Shown in pieces: positions 9,281-19,289 of a DNA stretch of 49,264 nucleotides. Under the pieces are notes generated by a model. That model had not been told where the DNA came from. It searched no databases and saw only the letters and a list, made by a program, of their open reading frames with translations. Both the position numbers and the translations under genes were made by a program. The stretch spans positions 20,249 through 69,512 of the forward strand of contig JAIDWS010000034.1 of the NCBI GenBank assembly GCA_029059055.1, in the 5' to 3' direction. Each line of letters opens with the position of its first letter. The first letter of the stretch is position 1. This stretch comes from Alphaproteobacteria bacterium. GTDB taxonomy: Bacteria; Pseudomonadota; Alphaproteobacteria; Rs-D84.

Positions 9281-9883
9281 GTGAAGAAAATCAAACAAAT
9301 TGGTAAAGTCTTGATAATGCTGACGCTGGTTATTATCCCCGGCGTGGCACGGGCGCTGTTGGTGCCACCGGTTGGGGAATGCGTGAGTGGCACATGCCCC
9401 AGCGATGGACAATAAATTGATGGCATCATGTACGGGTGCGGTCGTGCAACGGAATGTTACTGCGTCAACAGTGACGGCGAAGGAATCAATGTTCCCTGTG
9501 GATGCTTTGGCGACGCAGATTGCAAAACCAGCGGTTACGGATGTATTAACGGTCAATGCGCAAAATGCCGCAGTTGTACAAACTGCACCAGCAGCAACAC
9601 CTGGGATTCTGTCGCCACCGGGTATCAACGCCGGACCACAAAAACATGTGGATGTGACGGGACATGCAACACGTCATATTCTTACCGATGCGCGCCCGGA
9701 TATTTCGGCAACAGTTATAACGGCACATCGGGATGCACGCGTTGCCCGACCGATGGGGGCGTCACCGGGACATCTGTGGCGGGAACAACCGCACGAACGG
9801 GATGCTATGTCGGGGCAAACACGATGGGCCGCGATAATTACGGGGCGTTTGAATTCACCGGAAATTCTTATTATTGTGACTAA
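9281..9883 (+). pseudogene. Secreted Cys-rich protein gene interrupted by an in-frame TAA
   Basis: GTG at 9281 gives signal peptide MKKIKQ...GVARA; TAA at 9413-9415; the same frame continues into the Cys-rich ORF 9428-9883. Confidence 0.7.
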
Positions 9884-9953
9884 GGCCATTCAATCCCGCC
9901 CCGGCGGGATTTTGGTTTGACTTTTTGGGGGCGGCTGGCATAATACCATTACC

Positions 9954-10592
9954 ATGTTCACACGAAAAGATATTCACCCGGATATTGACCTCGTTTTGGC
10001 CGCCATCGCACGGGAATTAAAAATGTATGACAATCTGGCGCCGGATGAAATCAACGAATTGACCGGCATCAGCACACATCCCACATTTATCGAATTAAAT
10101 CGACGACATCATGTGTTACAGGCGCGCGCGATGGGTCACCAATATCCGGCCATGACGTATTATCAAATGCTGCGCCCAACCGTCGTGACCCAGATTGTTG
10201 ACATGGAACGCCATTTGGCGCGGTCACGCAACACACGCATTCGGACCATCATTGGCGCCCGGATTCGGGGCACACATTTCAAGCTGGAATTCAATAATGG
10301 TTTACATCATCAGGGATTGATAAAACTGGTTCTGGCATATCCACACATGTCGGCCGCGCAACTGGCCCGTCATTGCATTACGAATAAAATTAATGTTTTG
10401 GGCGATGCGGCACTGAACATGGATGCTGCGTGCATTTCTGAAATCATTGGCCATATACGGTCCTGTGTCAATGAGGACAAACACTGGGCCCCGCATCCCA
10501 TTACGGACCGCGAACACCTGTACGCATCACGATGGCTGGAAATTTTCGAACAATCAACCCAGGGAAAAAATACAAATGGCAAGCAGCGCTGA
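9954..10592 (+). CDS. Hypothetical protein
   Basis: 212-aa ORF with an upstream TTGACT/CATAAT promoter; overlaps the next gene in operon fashion. Confidence 0.65.
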   Translation: MFTRKDIHPDIDLVLAAIARELKMYDNLAPDEINELTGISTHPTFIELNRRHHVLQARAMGHQYPAMTYYQMLRPTVVTQIVDMERHLARSRNTRIRTIIGARIRGTHFKLEFNNGLHHQGLIKLVLAYPHMSAAQLARHCITNKINVLGDAALNMDAACISEIIGHIRSCVNEDKHWAPHPITDREHLYASRWLEIFEQSTQGKNTNGKQR

Positions 10593-10914
10593 ATTTATCG
10601 AATTTGTATATGACCAGGTTGCCGCCGCCGGCGCGGTCCGTTATCGCAAAATGTTTGGCGATTACATGCTGTATTGCGAAGACCGCCCCGTATTGTTAAT
10701 TTGCGACGACACAGTGTATGTTAAACAAATCCCGGAAACATTGACGGTCTTTGCCGCGCATGGCGTGACGCCCGACGCGGGCATTCCATACACGGGCGCG
10801 CGGCCGCACTATATCCTGGACATCGAAAATTCGGATTTGGCGGTCGACATGACGCGCATGCTGGCGCGTGTATTGCCGTTACCCAAACCCAAAAAGCCGC
10901 GGACAAAAAAATGA
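10576..10914 (+). CDS. TfoX/Sxy N-terminal domain protein
   Basis: MASSAEFIEFV.DQ, YRKMFGDY, ICDD.VYVK and PY.GA.P motifs. Confidence 0.85.
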   Translation: MASSAEFIEFVYDQVAAAGAVRYRKMFGDYMLYCEDRPVLLICDDTVYVKQIPETLTVFAAHGVTPDAGIPYTGARPHYILDIENSDLAVDMTRMLARVLPLPKPKKPRTKK

Positions 10915-11219
10915 ATCCGACCGATATTGATATTGACGCCCTGGGCGGGACATCGTTCCAGCGCGACGTATGGCGGGCATTAACCAAAATCCCGCGCGGC
11001 GAAACACGCACATATGCCCAATTGGCCGCGATGGCGGGCCATCCGACGGCAATCCGTGCGGTGGCCAATGCGGTTGGCAAAAATCCCATGCCGCCCATCA
11101 TTCCATGTCACCGCATTATCCGCAGTGATGGCAAAATCGGCGGATATTCCGCCCCGGGCGGCATCACGACCAAGCGGCGTCTGTTGCAATCCGAAGGCGT
11201 GAAATTCCCCAAAATTTAA
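10911..11219 (+). CDS. ogt: Methylated-DNA-protein-cysteine methyltransferase (MGMT family, C-terminal domain only)
   Basis: FQRDVW..L..IPRGETRTY, RAVANA, and active site PCHR. Confidence 0.9.
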   Translation: MNPTDIDIDALGGTSFQRDVWRALTKIPRGETRTYAQLAAMAGHPTAIRAVANAVGKNPMPPIIPCHRIIRSDGKIGGYSAPGGITTKRRLLQSEGVKFPKI

Positions 11220-11494
11220 GTCAACGGGCATATATCTTCAAAGCGCCAGACACCGGTATCATCACTGTATTCGGTATCGGCCGGTGCGAACATCATGCAC
11301 ACCCCGGCGGGCGTTGATAATAAACAGCTGGTCGCGTCACCCGCACTGCTGTATCCGGTGGGGCACGCACCATCGACAATAATCATCGCTGATTCATTAA
11401 TCGCGACATAGCCGGACGGGCAGCTGGTTCCGGGCGCCGCCGCCATCGCAGGCGTTGAAACGATTATGCCCACCAATAAACACACCAAACGCAT
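11216..11494 (-). CDS. Small secreted Cys-rich protein
   Basis: Signal peptide ending PAMA; CPSGY and CPTGY repeats; C-terminal DDTGVWRFEDIC. Confidence 0.7.
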   Translation of the reverse strand: MRLVCLLVGIIVSTPAMAAAPGTSCPSGYVAINESAMIIVDGACPTGYSSAGDATSCLLSTPAGVCMMFAPADTEYSDDTGVWRFEDICPLT

Positions 11495-11496
11495 CG

Positions 11497-11922
11497 TTAA
11501 TCACCCAAATTGGAAAATAAAATTGCTTGGAAATCGGTGGATGCCGCTGCAAAAGTTGCACAGCTACGTGCACAAATTTGAGCACAATTATAGGCCGATT
11601 CCCTATCTTCCAAATACACCCAAGACGATACAGCGGGTGTAACAATTTTACACCAACAATACCGATTATTCTCACTGGTGGTACTGATCTTAACTGTATC
11701 CGATATGGCACCTGTGTGGCTGCCCTTTTGGCTTCCACAAAACATAACACCATCTATCTGAATCTTATTACAACTAAATGTCCAGTTAGATTGGCCCAAT
11801 GCCACTGTCTGATTATATGCACAATTCGCACTGGGCGTTAATTTAACACATTTTGTTGCGGCATGTACGGATGACGTTGCCGCCATTAACCCCACAGTAA
11901 AACACAACAGATAAATTTTCAT
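11497..11922 (-). CDS. Secreted Cys-rich protein
   Basis: Signal peptide MKIYLL...VHA; YCWCK..PAVSSWV and CAQICARSCA motifs. Confidence 0.7.
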   Translation of the reverse strand: MKIYLLCFTVGLMAATSSVHAATKCVKLTPSANCAYNQTVALGQSNWTFSCNKIQIDGVMFCGSQKGSHTGAISDTVKISTTSENNRYCWCKIVTPAVSSWVYLEDRESAYNCAQICARSCATFAAASTDFQAILFSNLGD

Positions 11923-12170
11923 TTTGGTTGCAATCCCCCCATTTTTTGCCGCAATTAATCGGTGGTTTAGATTAGGCAATTTTTCCGTTTGACACATGCC
12001 CAGAAATTGTATATTTTTACATCAATTCATCAGGAATAAATACCGCCAAATTAATCGACCGATTATTTTAGCGGTGCTTTTTTATGCCACGCGCCCCGGA
12101 TTTTCGGGGGACGCAACCCTGTGCATTCGGCACAGATAAAACAACAAAAAATCCCCCGATTGGGGGATTT

Positions 12171-13433
12171 TTACAACTGGATAAACATATCCGGATGGTC
12201 GGCCAATTGCCCAATGGCATCATCGACAACCGCACGGAATTTCAAGAACCGTTCTTTTTCCGCCGCCCCCAGATTGCTGATGGCGGGCAATTTTACCGTC
12301 ATGGGATTGACGTGTTTGCCGTTCTTGATAATTTCATAGTGCAAATGCGGCCCCGTTGACATCCCGGTTGAACCAACGTATCCGATGGTCTGGCCCTGGC
12401 GGACATTGGTGCCGACGACGACACCCTTGGCAAATTTGGACATGTGCGCATACAGCGTTTCATATGACCCGTTATGGCGGATTTTGACATAATTTCCGTG
12501 GCCTTTGTTATAACTGCGCGCGACAACACGACCGGCGCCGGCGGCCGGAATCGGCGTACCGGTGGATGCACGGAAATCGACCCCTTTGTGTGCGCGTGTA
12601 TATCCCAAGACCGGATGTTTACGGCGCAGATTAAAACTGCTGGTGACGCGGGCGTTGTTAATCGGCGTACGCTTTAACGATTTAATCGCACCGTTACCAT
12701 CTTCGTCATAATATCCGGTGGTGCCATCCGATTTGCGGAAACGGTACATTTTGACATTGCCACGCAACGCTTCGAACGATACGGCCAAGACGCGACCATT
12801 ATCAACCTTGGCCCCGCCCAAAAAGTTTTCTTCGTACATGACGCCGAATTTCTGGCCAGCGCGGATATCACGTTCAAAGTCCATTTCAAACGCCAACAAA
12901 TCGTATACATCGGCCAAAATACCCGCCGGAATTCCCGCACGCTGGCCGGCAACAAAGAAGCTGTCGCCATCTTTGATTTCGCCCGCGCGATACACCACAT
13001 GCGTGTCGCGTTCGATATCCACAGTCTTGCATTCCCAAACGCCGTCGCCGGTGCATGTCAATTCCACCTGGCGCCAGGGGCCCGGGATTAACACAACCTG
13101 GTGTACGGGGGCGTCTTTGTCCGCACGGCGGAATTCAATTTTATCAGAATCCGCCCGCAGCGTCGAAATCCCCGCGTCTTTTTTCAATGTGGCGGCAATC
13201 GCGTCAATGTCACGGGTGGACAATCCCTGGGCCGATAATAATTGCCCCAGTGTATCCCCACTGGTGACGGCAACGGTCGACGTGCATTCCGACGACGACG
13301 CCCCGATTGCGCGACGCGCCACGCGCGGCTGGGTCCAGACCAAGACCACCGCCACCGCCGTTAATAAAAACGCCAGCGCCAGAACAAATTTGGTTAAACG
13401 ATGTGGGTTCAGAATATTTTTTGCTTTTTCCAT
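12171..13433 (-). CDS. M23 family peptidoglycan DD-endopeptidase (MepM-like)
   Basis: N-terminal TM; GDTL LysM-like motif; HKGVDF and STGPHLHYE Zn motifs. Confidence 0.92.
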   Translation of the reverse strand: MEKAKNILNPHRLTKFVLALAFLLTAVAVVLVWTQPRVARRAIGASSSECTSTVAVTSGDTLGQLLSAQGLSTRDIDAIAATLKKDAGISTLRADSDKIEFRRADKDAPVHQVVLIPGPWRQVELTCTGDGVWECKTVDIERDTHVVYRAGEIKDGDSFFVAGQRAGIPAGILADVYDLLAFEMDFERDIRAGQKFGVMYEENFLGGAKVDNGRVLAVSFEALRGNVKMYRFRKSDGTTGYYDEDGNGAIKSLKRTPINNARVTSSFNLRRKHPVLGYTRAHKGVDFRASTGTPIPAAGAGRVVARSYNKGHGNYVKIRHNGSYETLYAHMSKFAKGVVVGTNVRQGQTIGYVGSTGMSTGPHLHYEIIKNGKHVNPMTVKLPAISNLGAAEKERFLKFRAVVDDAIGQLADHPDMFIQL

Positions 13434-13454
13434 GACGGGGATTATAATTGCTTT

Positions 13455-14225
13455 ATGAAAATAAATCAAGCGTTCACAATCTTGCAATCGGCCGGCGGCA
13501 TTCGCGCGGCACGTATCATCACCGACAAATATAAAAATTTATCTAAAATTCGAACCTTATGGATGGCGCGACAGTTGCGCCGCGGGGTCCCGGTGGCCAA
13601 AATCATTCATCAAAAATGGTTTTATGGGCTGTCTTTTTATACAAACAAATTTACATTGGACCCGCGGCCGGATACCGAAACGGTGGTCGCGGCGGTCATT
13701 GCCGATTGCCCGGGGAATACCCCGCGGCGTATCCTGGATTTGGGAACGGGAACCGGATGTATTCTGGGGGCGTTGGTCAAAAACATTCCCGAATCTGTCG
13801 GGGTGGGCATTGACCGGTCGTACGGCGCGGTGCGCGTGGCACGACGCAACATGCGCATGTTGGGACTGGGGCGGCGGGTCACGGTGTTATGGCGCAGTTT
13901 CGGCCGAAAAAAAATGCCCGGCGCCCCGTTTGACATTATTGTATCCAACCCGCCATACATCGCACGTGGTGACACCCGCGTCAATGACGCCGCACGACAC
14001 GACCCGGCGGGCGCATTATATGCGGGGGCGGCGGGATTGGCGGCATACAAAACCATCGCGAACAATGCCGTCGCATGGTTGCGCGATGGTGGCCGGATAT
14101 ATTTGGAAATTGGGGACGGCATGGGGGCGGATGTACGCGACATATTCACCCGCGCCGGATGGACATTTGTACGCGCAGAATCCGACCTGGGCGGAATTGA
14201 ACGCGCATTGGTTTTCGAAAAATAA
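13455..14225 (+). CDS. prmC: Release factor glutamine methyltransferase
   Basis: LDPRPDTE, LDLGTGTGCI and SNPPYI motifs. Confidence 0.92.
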   Translation: MKINQAFTILQSAGGIRAARIITDKYKNLSKIRTLWMARQLRRGVPVAKIIHQKWFYGLSFYTNKFTLDPRPDTETVVAAVIADCPGNTPRRILDLGTGTGCILGALVKNIPESVGVGIDRSYGAVRVARRNMRMLGLGRRVTVLWRSFGRKKMPGAPFDIIVSNPPYIARGDTRVNDAARHDPAGALYAGAAGLAAYKTIANNAVAWLRDGGRIYLEIGDGMGADVRDIFTRAGWTFVRAESDLGGIERALVFEK

Positions 14226-14226
14226 A

Positions 14227-14865
14227 TTATTTGAAATACGGATTATAACGCCGCAAACCACCAATGGTCGAATCCGGACCATGCCCATGAATCACACGCG
14301 TATCATCCGGTAAATTCATGGCGGCGACACGCGCAATAGATGTGCGCAGCGTATTCAAATCCCCACCCGGCAAATCCCAACGCCCAACAGAATCTGCAAA
14401 AATTGTATCCCCCGAAATCAGAACTTTTTCACCCGCAAAATGGAACATCACCCCGCCCGGCGAATGCCCGGGGGCCGGCACAACCGCGGCAATCAGTTCC
14501 GGTAAAACCGTTATTTCCCGGCCCACAAGTGGCGTCGGCGCAACATTATCATCGGTTACATGCGGCAACCCAAAATAATCCAGCAAAGAATTCCCCCACG
14601 GGATAATTTCGTCATCGGGCGTCGCCAAAAACCATGGCACATTGTAATGCGCGGCCAAAAACGGTGCGGCGGAAAAATGGTCGGGATGACCATGCGTGGT
14701 ATATATCGCCCGCAGACGCAATCCACGGCCATCCAACAACCGCACCCAATCGTCGGCCCGTCCCCAGGCATCAAATATAACACAATCGCCGCCCATCGAC
14801 ACCAACACGGAATTGGTGTTTTCGGGCGGCATATGGATAACGTCAAATTCAGGCCGCATTGGCAT
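14227..14865 (-). CDS. MBL-fold metallo-hydrolase (glyoxalase II-like)
   Basis: THGHPDH, PGHSPG, GDTIF and GHG motifs; start overlaps the ftsH stop and is uncertain. Confidence 0.88.
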   Translation of the reverse strand: MPMRPEFDVIHMPPENTNSVLVSMGGDCVIFDAWGRADDWVRLLDGRGLRLRAIYTTHGHPDHFSAAPFLAAHYNVPWFLATPDDEIIPWGNSLLDYFGLPHVTDDNVAPTPLVGREITVLPELIAAVVPAPGHSPGGVMFHFAGEKVLISGDTIFADSVGRWDLPGGDLNTLRTSIARVAAMNLPDDTRVIHGHGPDSTIGGLRRYNPYFK

Positions 14866-16738
14866 CCGACTTCTGTTTACGGGTGGTCTTTTTCGGGGTG
14901 GCGGATTTTTTATGTCCCGAAACAATTTCACGAATTTCATCCCCGGTCAAAGTTTCACGTGTCAGCAATTCGTTCGCCAATTTTTCCACCGTCGCCCGGT
15001 TTTTACGCAGAATCGCGGTTGCATCGCGATGCGCCGTATTCAACCAAGTACGAATTTCATCGTCGACCAATTGGGCGGTTTTTTCAGACGCGTTTTCCAG
15101 CGCACTGCGGGCGTTGAAAGTGCCGACCTGATTAATCGCGGCCAGCCCCACCGTCGGTGACAGACCCGCGACCGTAATTGAATACCGCGCCAAACGGGTT
15201 GCCGATGCAATATCACTTTCGGCGCCGGTGGTGATTTTATCCGCACCGAAAAAGATTTCTTCGGCGGCGCGCCCGGCCAATGCCACCGCCAGATTGGCCC
15301 GAACCTCTGCAATGGTCATGGACACTTTGTCATCAATGGGCAAATGCTGAACCATGCCCAATGCCCGGCCACGCGGGATAATCGTTGCCTTGTGAATGGG
15401 ATCGGTCACATCGGCATACATCATGCTGACGAATGCATGACCGGCTTCGTGATATGCGGTTAACTTGATATCTTCGGGACGCATTTTGCGAACCTTGCGC
15501 GGGCCCATCAAGATTTTATCACGCGCTTCTTCGACGTCGATGGGTTCCACCGCCGCACGCCCACCACGCACCGCGTGCAGGGCCGCTTCGTTCAACAGGT
15601 TTTCCAAATCTGCGCCCGAAAATCCGGTGGTGCCGCGGGCCAAATCCTGTAAATTCACGTTGTCCGCAATTTTAACCCGTTTGGCATATAAATCCAAGAT
15701 TTCACGACGTCCCGCCAAATCGGGTAATTCAATGTGCACCTGGCGGTCAAAGCGGCCCGGGCGCAACAACGCCGCATCCAACATGTCCGGACGGTTGGTC
15801 GCCCCAATCACGATGATGCCGGTGTCATTGGAAAATCCGTCCATTTCAATCAGCAATTGGTTCAGTGTCTGTTCACGGTCTTGGTCATTATACGAATGCG
15901 TACTGCGCCGCTGGCCGATGGCATCAATTTCATCAATGAACAAAATGCACGGGGCGTTACGCTTGGCCATTTCAAAGATTTCTTTTATCTTGGCCACCCC
16001 CAGCCCCACGATAATACCGGAAAAATCACTGCCCGACGCGGCAAAGAACGGGACATTGGCTTCGCCGGCAATGGCGCGCGCCAACAGTGTTTTACCCGTT
16101 CCCGGTTCCCCCGACAGCAATACCCCACGCGGCACACGGGCGCCAACAGATTTAAATTTATCCTTGTTCTTTAAGAAATCGACGATTTCCATCAATTCTT
16201 GCTTTTCAGAATCAATGCCGGCGACGTCTTGGAACGTGGTCTTGGTTTTTCCGGTGGTGATTTTGGTCGGGTTTTGATTCACCAAACTGCGCGATAATCC
16301 GCCCGGCCCGCCACGCATCCCGCGCAGCAACCACCAGATAAACAGTCCCCCCATCAAAATCGGCACCCATATCCCCAGGTAATCAACCCATGTTTTATCG
16401 TCATTAATCGATATTGTCGCACCCGCCGCAGACAATTTGCCCAGCAATTCCGGGTCATATGTAATGGTTGCACGATATTTTGTCCCATCACGCAGTGTTC
16501 CCGTGGCCCGGGTTCCGCGAACATCCATGGTTTTAATATCTTTTTCACGGCGCAAAACATCCGAAAACGACAGTTCCACCGGCGCTGTCTGGGGGCCGGT
16601 TACGCCGGTAAATCCATTCGACATGCGGCCACCCGCCATCGGGCGCAACATTAATGCCAAAAATAACAGTCCGGCAAAAATCAAAAATACAGACGCACCG
16701 TCGCGTGGTAATTTTTTATTGTTGTTTTGTTTTTTCAT
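14849..16738 (-). CDS. ftsH: ATP-dependent zinc metalloprotease FtsH
   Basis: Two TM helices; GEPGTGKT; FIDEID; RPGRFDR; HEAGH. Confidence 0.96.
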   Translation of the reverse strand: MKKQNNNKKLPRDGASVFLIFAGLLFLALMLRPMAGGRMSNGFTGVTGPQTAPVELSFSDVLRREKDIKTMDVRGTRATGTLRDGTKYRATITYDPELLGKLSAAGATISINDDKTWVDYLGIWVPILMGGLFIWWLLRGMRGGPGGLSRSLVNQNPTKITTGKTKTTFQDVAGIDSEKQELMEIVDFLKNKDKFKSVGARVPRGVLLSGEPGTGKTLLARAIAGEANVPFFAASGSDFSGIIVGLGVAKIKEIFEMAKRNAPCILFIDEIDAIGQRRSTHSYNDQDREQTLNQLLIEMDGFSNDTGIIVIGATNRPDMLDAALLRPGRFDRQVHIELPDLAGRREILDLYAKRVKIADNVNLQDLARGTTGFSGADLENLLNEAALHAVRGGRAAVEPIDVEEARDKILMGPRKVRKMRPEDIKLTAYHEAGHAFVSMMYADVTDPIHKATIIPRGRALGMVQHLPIDDKVSMTIAEVRANLAVALAGRAAEEIFFGADKITTGAESDIASATRLARYSITVAGLSPTVGLAAINQVGTFNARSALENASEKTAQLVDDEIRTWLNTAHRDATAILRKNRATVEKLANELLTRETLTGDEIREIVSGHKKSATPKKTTRKQKSDANAA

Positions 16739-17690
16739 TTCTTTCCCTAAAACTTGTACTGCATCCTTCGGGGACAATCAGAATCCGGTCACGAAACCGT
16801 CGCACCGTCGCCCGCCCCAGGGTGAATTTGCAATCACATCCCAGTTTATGTAGCGCGCGTTCCAGCGAATTCAAGCGTGGCTGATAATTATCCCCCCCAA
16901 CCCGTTGCAATAAGTTGCCCAGCAACTTTAATCTAATATCGTCCGGTTCGTCAAACAGAAAAGATTCTGGCATGCACGCCGACCGACCATCAATGACAGT
17001 TTCAATGCGCGCATTTACATATTCATCAATCGCCGCACGCGTCCGCCCCAGATTTTCCATCGCCAGCAAGATGCGTTCGTCCGAAATCCCCAGCGCATCC
17101 CGTAATACATGGCGGCCCATGCGCATACGCACCCGGGCAAATCGCGTATCGTCATTCATTTCATCATGCACGTATTCAATATGACGGTCATCACAATATT
17201 TCTGTAATTCAGCACGGCGAATATTCAACATCGGGCGCACAATTAAAATACCGTCACGCATGGATTTCGGCCGCATCCCGCCCAGGCCCGCAACCCCACT
17301 GCCCCGGGCCAGATTCAACAGAAATGTTTCGATTTGGTCGTCCGCCTGGTGCGCAACCAACAAAGTATCAATACCCCGTTCGTGGCAAAAATCCGTCATC
17401 AATTTATATCGGGCGGTGCGGGCGGCGGATTCAATCCCGCGGGTGGGTTTATCCCCCACCCAATGCAAAACATGACAATCAATTCCCAAACGTCGGCATG
17501 CACGCCGAACCGCATCCGCATCATCGGCCGCCGCCGCGCGCAATCCGTGATTTACATGCACCGCCAACACATCGAATCCCGCCGTCACCAGCATATCCAG
17601 CAACGCCATCGAATCCACACCGCCACTGACCGCCACAGCCATCTTTTTGCCGGAAAACGGGCGCATAAAATCCAAAAACTTTTGATTCAT
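16716..17690 (-). CDS. tilS: tRNA(Ile)-lysidine synthetase
   Basis: AVSGGVDS, VNHGLR, ARTARY and AHQADDQIET motifs; conserved tilS-ftsH order. Confidence 0.94.
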   Translation of the reverse strand: MNQKFLDFMRPFSGKKMAVAVSGGVDSMALLDMLVTAGFDVLAVHVNHGLRAAAADDADAVRRACRRLGIDCHVLHWVGDKPTRGIESAARTARYKLMTDFCHERGIDTLLVAHQADDQIETFLLNLARGSGVAGLGGMRPKSMRDGILIVRPMLNIRRAELQKYCDDRHIEYVHDEMNDDTRFARVRMRMGRHVLRDALGISDERILLAMENLGRTRAAIDEYVNARIETVIDGRSACMPESFLFDEPDDIRLKLLGNLLQRVGGDNYQPRLNSLERALHKLGCDCKFTLGRATVRRFRDRILIVPEGCSTSFRERNEKTKQQ

Positions 17691-17739
17691 AACGGCATCA
17701 TTTTATGCTATAATTCGCAAAAATAAAGGAAAATGTAGC

Positions 17740-18306
17740 ATGACAAAAACGATAAAATCTGTCGCCGTTTACTGCGGTCATGAATTTGGGAATAACCCAC
17801 AATTTGCGCGCGATGCGGCACGTGTTGGTGAATTGTTGGCCCGCAATAAATTACGTATGGTCTTTGGCGGGGGCAACGTCGGATTAATGGGCGAATGCGC
17901 AACCGCGGCCATTAAAAACGGCGGTGATGTTATCGGGGTATCCACCCATCATGTGGTCGCCCTGCAAGAACCCGCCCACGAAGATGTCGATGTCGAAATC
18001 GTGGACGGCGTCAATGAACGCAAGCAAAAGATGTTCGACGCATCGGACGCGTTTATCATTTTGCCGGGCGGGATTGGGACACTGAACGAATTGACCGACG
18101 TTATGACCATGCAGCAAATCGGGGAAACAAAAAAGCCGTTGTTCTTTTTGAACACGGCCCGTTTCTGGGGGATTTTCGGGCGCGTTCTGGTTCATATGCA
18201 GCATAACGGATTTATCGCCAGCATGAAAGATTACGACATCACCGTCGCCAATACACCCGACGAATTGATTGAAAAAATCTTAAAACGCAACAACTTTGTC
18301 GCGTGA
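17740..18306 (+). CDS. LOG family nucleotide phosphoribohydrolase (TIGR00730)
   Basis: GGGNVGLMG, ERK..M and PGGIGTLNE motifs. Confidence 0.9.
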   Translation: MTKTIKSVAVYCGHEFGNNPQFARDAARVGELLARNKLRMVFGGGNVGLMGECATAAIKNGGDVIGVSTHHVVALQEPAHEDVDVEIVDGVNERKQKMFDASDAFIILPGGIGTLNELTDVMTMQQIGETKKPLFFLNTARFWGIFGRVLVHMQHNGFIASMKDYDITVANTPDELIEKILKRNNFVA

Positions 18307-18501
18307 TGTGGCGCCGCGGATAATTTCAATCTGGGATTTTGGCACGTCGAAATGGCGTGCCAATAATTTTATCACGGCCGCATTGGCATCCCCGTCCGCC
18401 GGGGCCGCCGTTGTGTGCACGCGCAGACCGCCGTCGGGCTGGACATCAACCCGGTCAAATTTGGCACGCGGAATAACACGAACATTTACGCGCACAGACA
18501 T
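18280..18501 (-). CDS. DUF167 (YggU-like) protein
   Basis: VRVIPRA, APADGDAN and IIRGATSRDK motifs. Confidence 0.85.
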   Translation of the reverse strand: MSVRVNVRVIPRAKFDRVDVQPDGGLRVHTTAAPADGDANAAVIKLLARHFDVPKSQIEIIRGATSRDKVVAF

Positions 18502-18866
18502 TTCAACATCGTTTTTAATTCATTACTGCGGTCACCGGCCATCAGATGCAGGTGGAAATGAAACACAGACTGTTTAAACAACGGGGCTGCCGTACCGGCA
18601 TTGGCCATGATATTAAAATCTGCATCAACCCCCAGTGCGGCGGCCGTTTTGGCAAAGCAATCCCAAAATCCCGCCTGGGCCGCGGCCGGCGCATTGCGCA
18701 CAAAATCCAGGATGTTTTCATACCCGCCCTTGGGGATGACCAATGCGTGCGTTGAACACATCGGTTCAATGTCATAAAAAGACATCGCATGGTCGTTTTC
18801 ATAAATCTTGGTACACGGGATTTCCCCACGGATAATCTTGGCAAAAACATTGTCGGGGTTGTACAT
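18486..18866 (-). CDS. HIT family nucleotide hydrolase
   Basis: NVFAKIIRGEIP, HALVIPK and histidine triad QSVFHFHLHL. Confidence 0.9.
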   Translation of the reverse strand: MYNPDNVFAKIIRGEIPCTKIYENDHAMSFYDIEPMCSTHALVIPKGGYENILDFVRNAPAAAQAGFWDCFAKTAAALGVDADFNIMANAGTAAPLFKQSVFHFHLHLMAGDRSNELKTMLKCLCA

Positions 18867-18985
18867 ATTGATATTCCTTTGGGCTGTATTATATTTACTT
18901 TACAATAACCAAAGCCCCGTATAAAATCAAGGCTTGAAATAACAGACAATTGTAATTATATCCTGCATGCAGGAGGAGGAAACAC

Positions 18986-19273
18986 ATGTTCAAACCATTA
19001 CACAATTACGTTCTGTTGGAACGTATCGAAGAAGATAATAAAACCGCCGGCGGGATTATCATCCCGGACAACGCGCGGGAAAAACCGTCCCGCGGACGTG
19101 TTATCGCCACCGGTGACGGGGCCATGGACGGTGCCGTACGCGTGCCGATGGCGGTCCAGACGGGCGACATCGTCTTGTTTGCGAAATGGGCGTCGTCCGC
19201 CAACGAAGTCAAAATTGATGGCAAAGATTATGTATTAATCAAAGAAAACGATATTTTGGGAATCTTGCAATAA
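18986..19273 (+). CDS. groES: Co-chaperonin GroES
   Basis: [21 protein letters not shown] and E.DILG motifs; SD GGAGGAGG. Confidence 0.97.
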   Translation: MFKPLHNYVLLERIEEDNKTAGGIIIPDNAREKPSRGRVIATGDGAMDGAVRVPMAVQTGDIVLFAKWASSANEVKIDGKDYVLIKENDILGILQ

Positions 19274-19289
19274 CATAAGGATAATAACA

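Noticed and set aside
9387-9920. 177-aa alternative-frame ORF over the Cys-rich gene
   Set aside because: No motifs; the Cys-rich frame has the signal peptide and the family C-terminal motif
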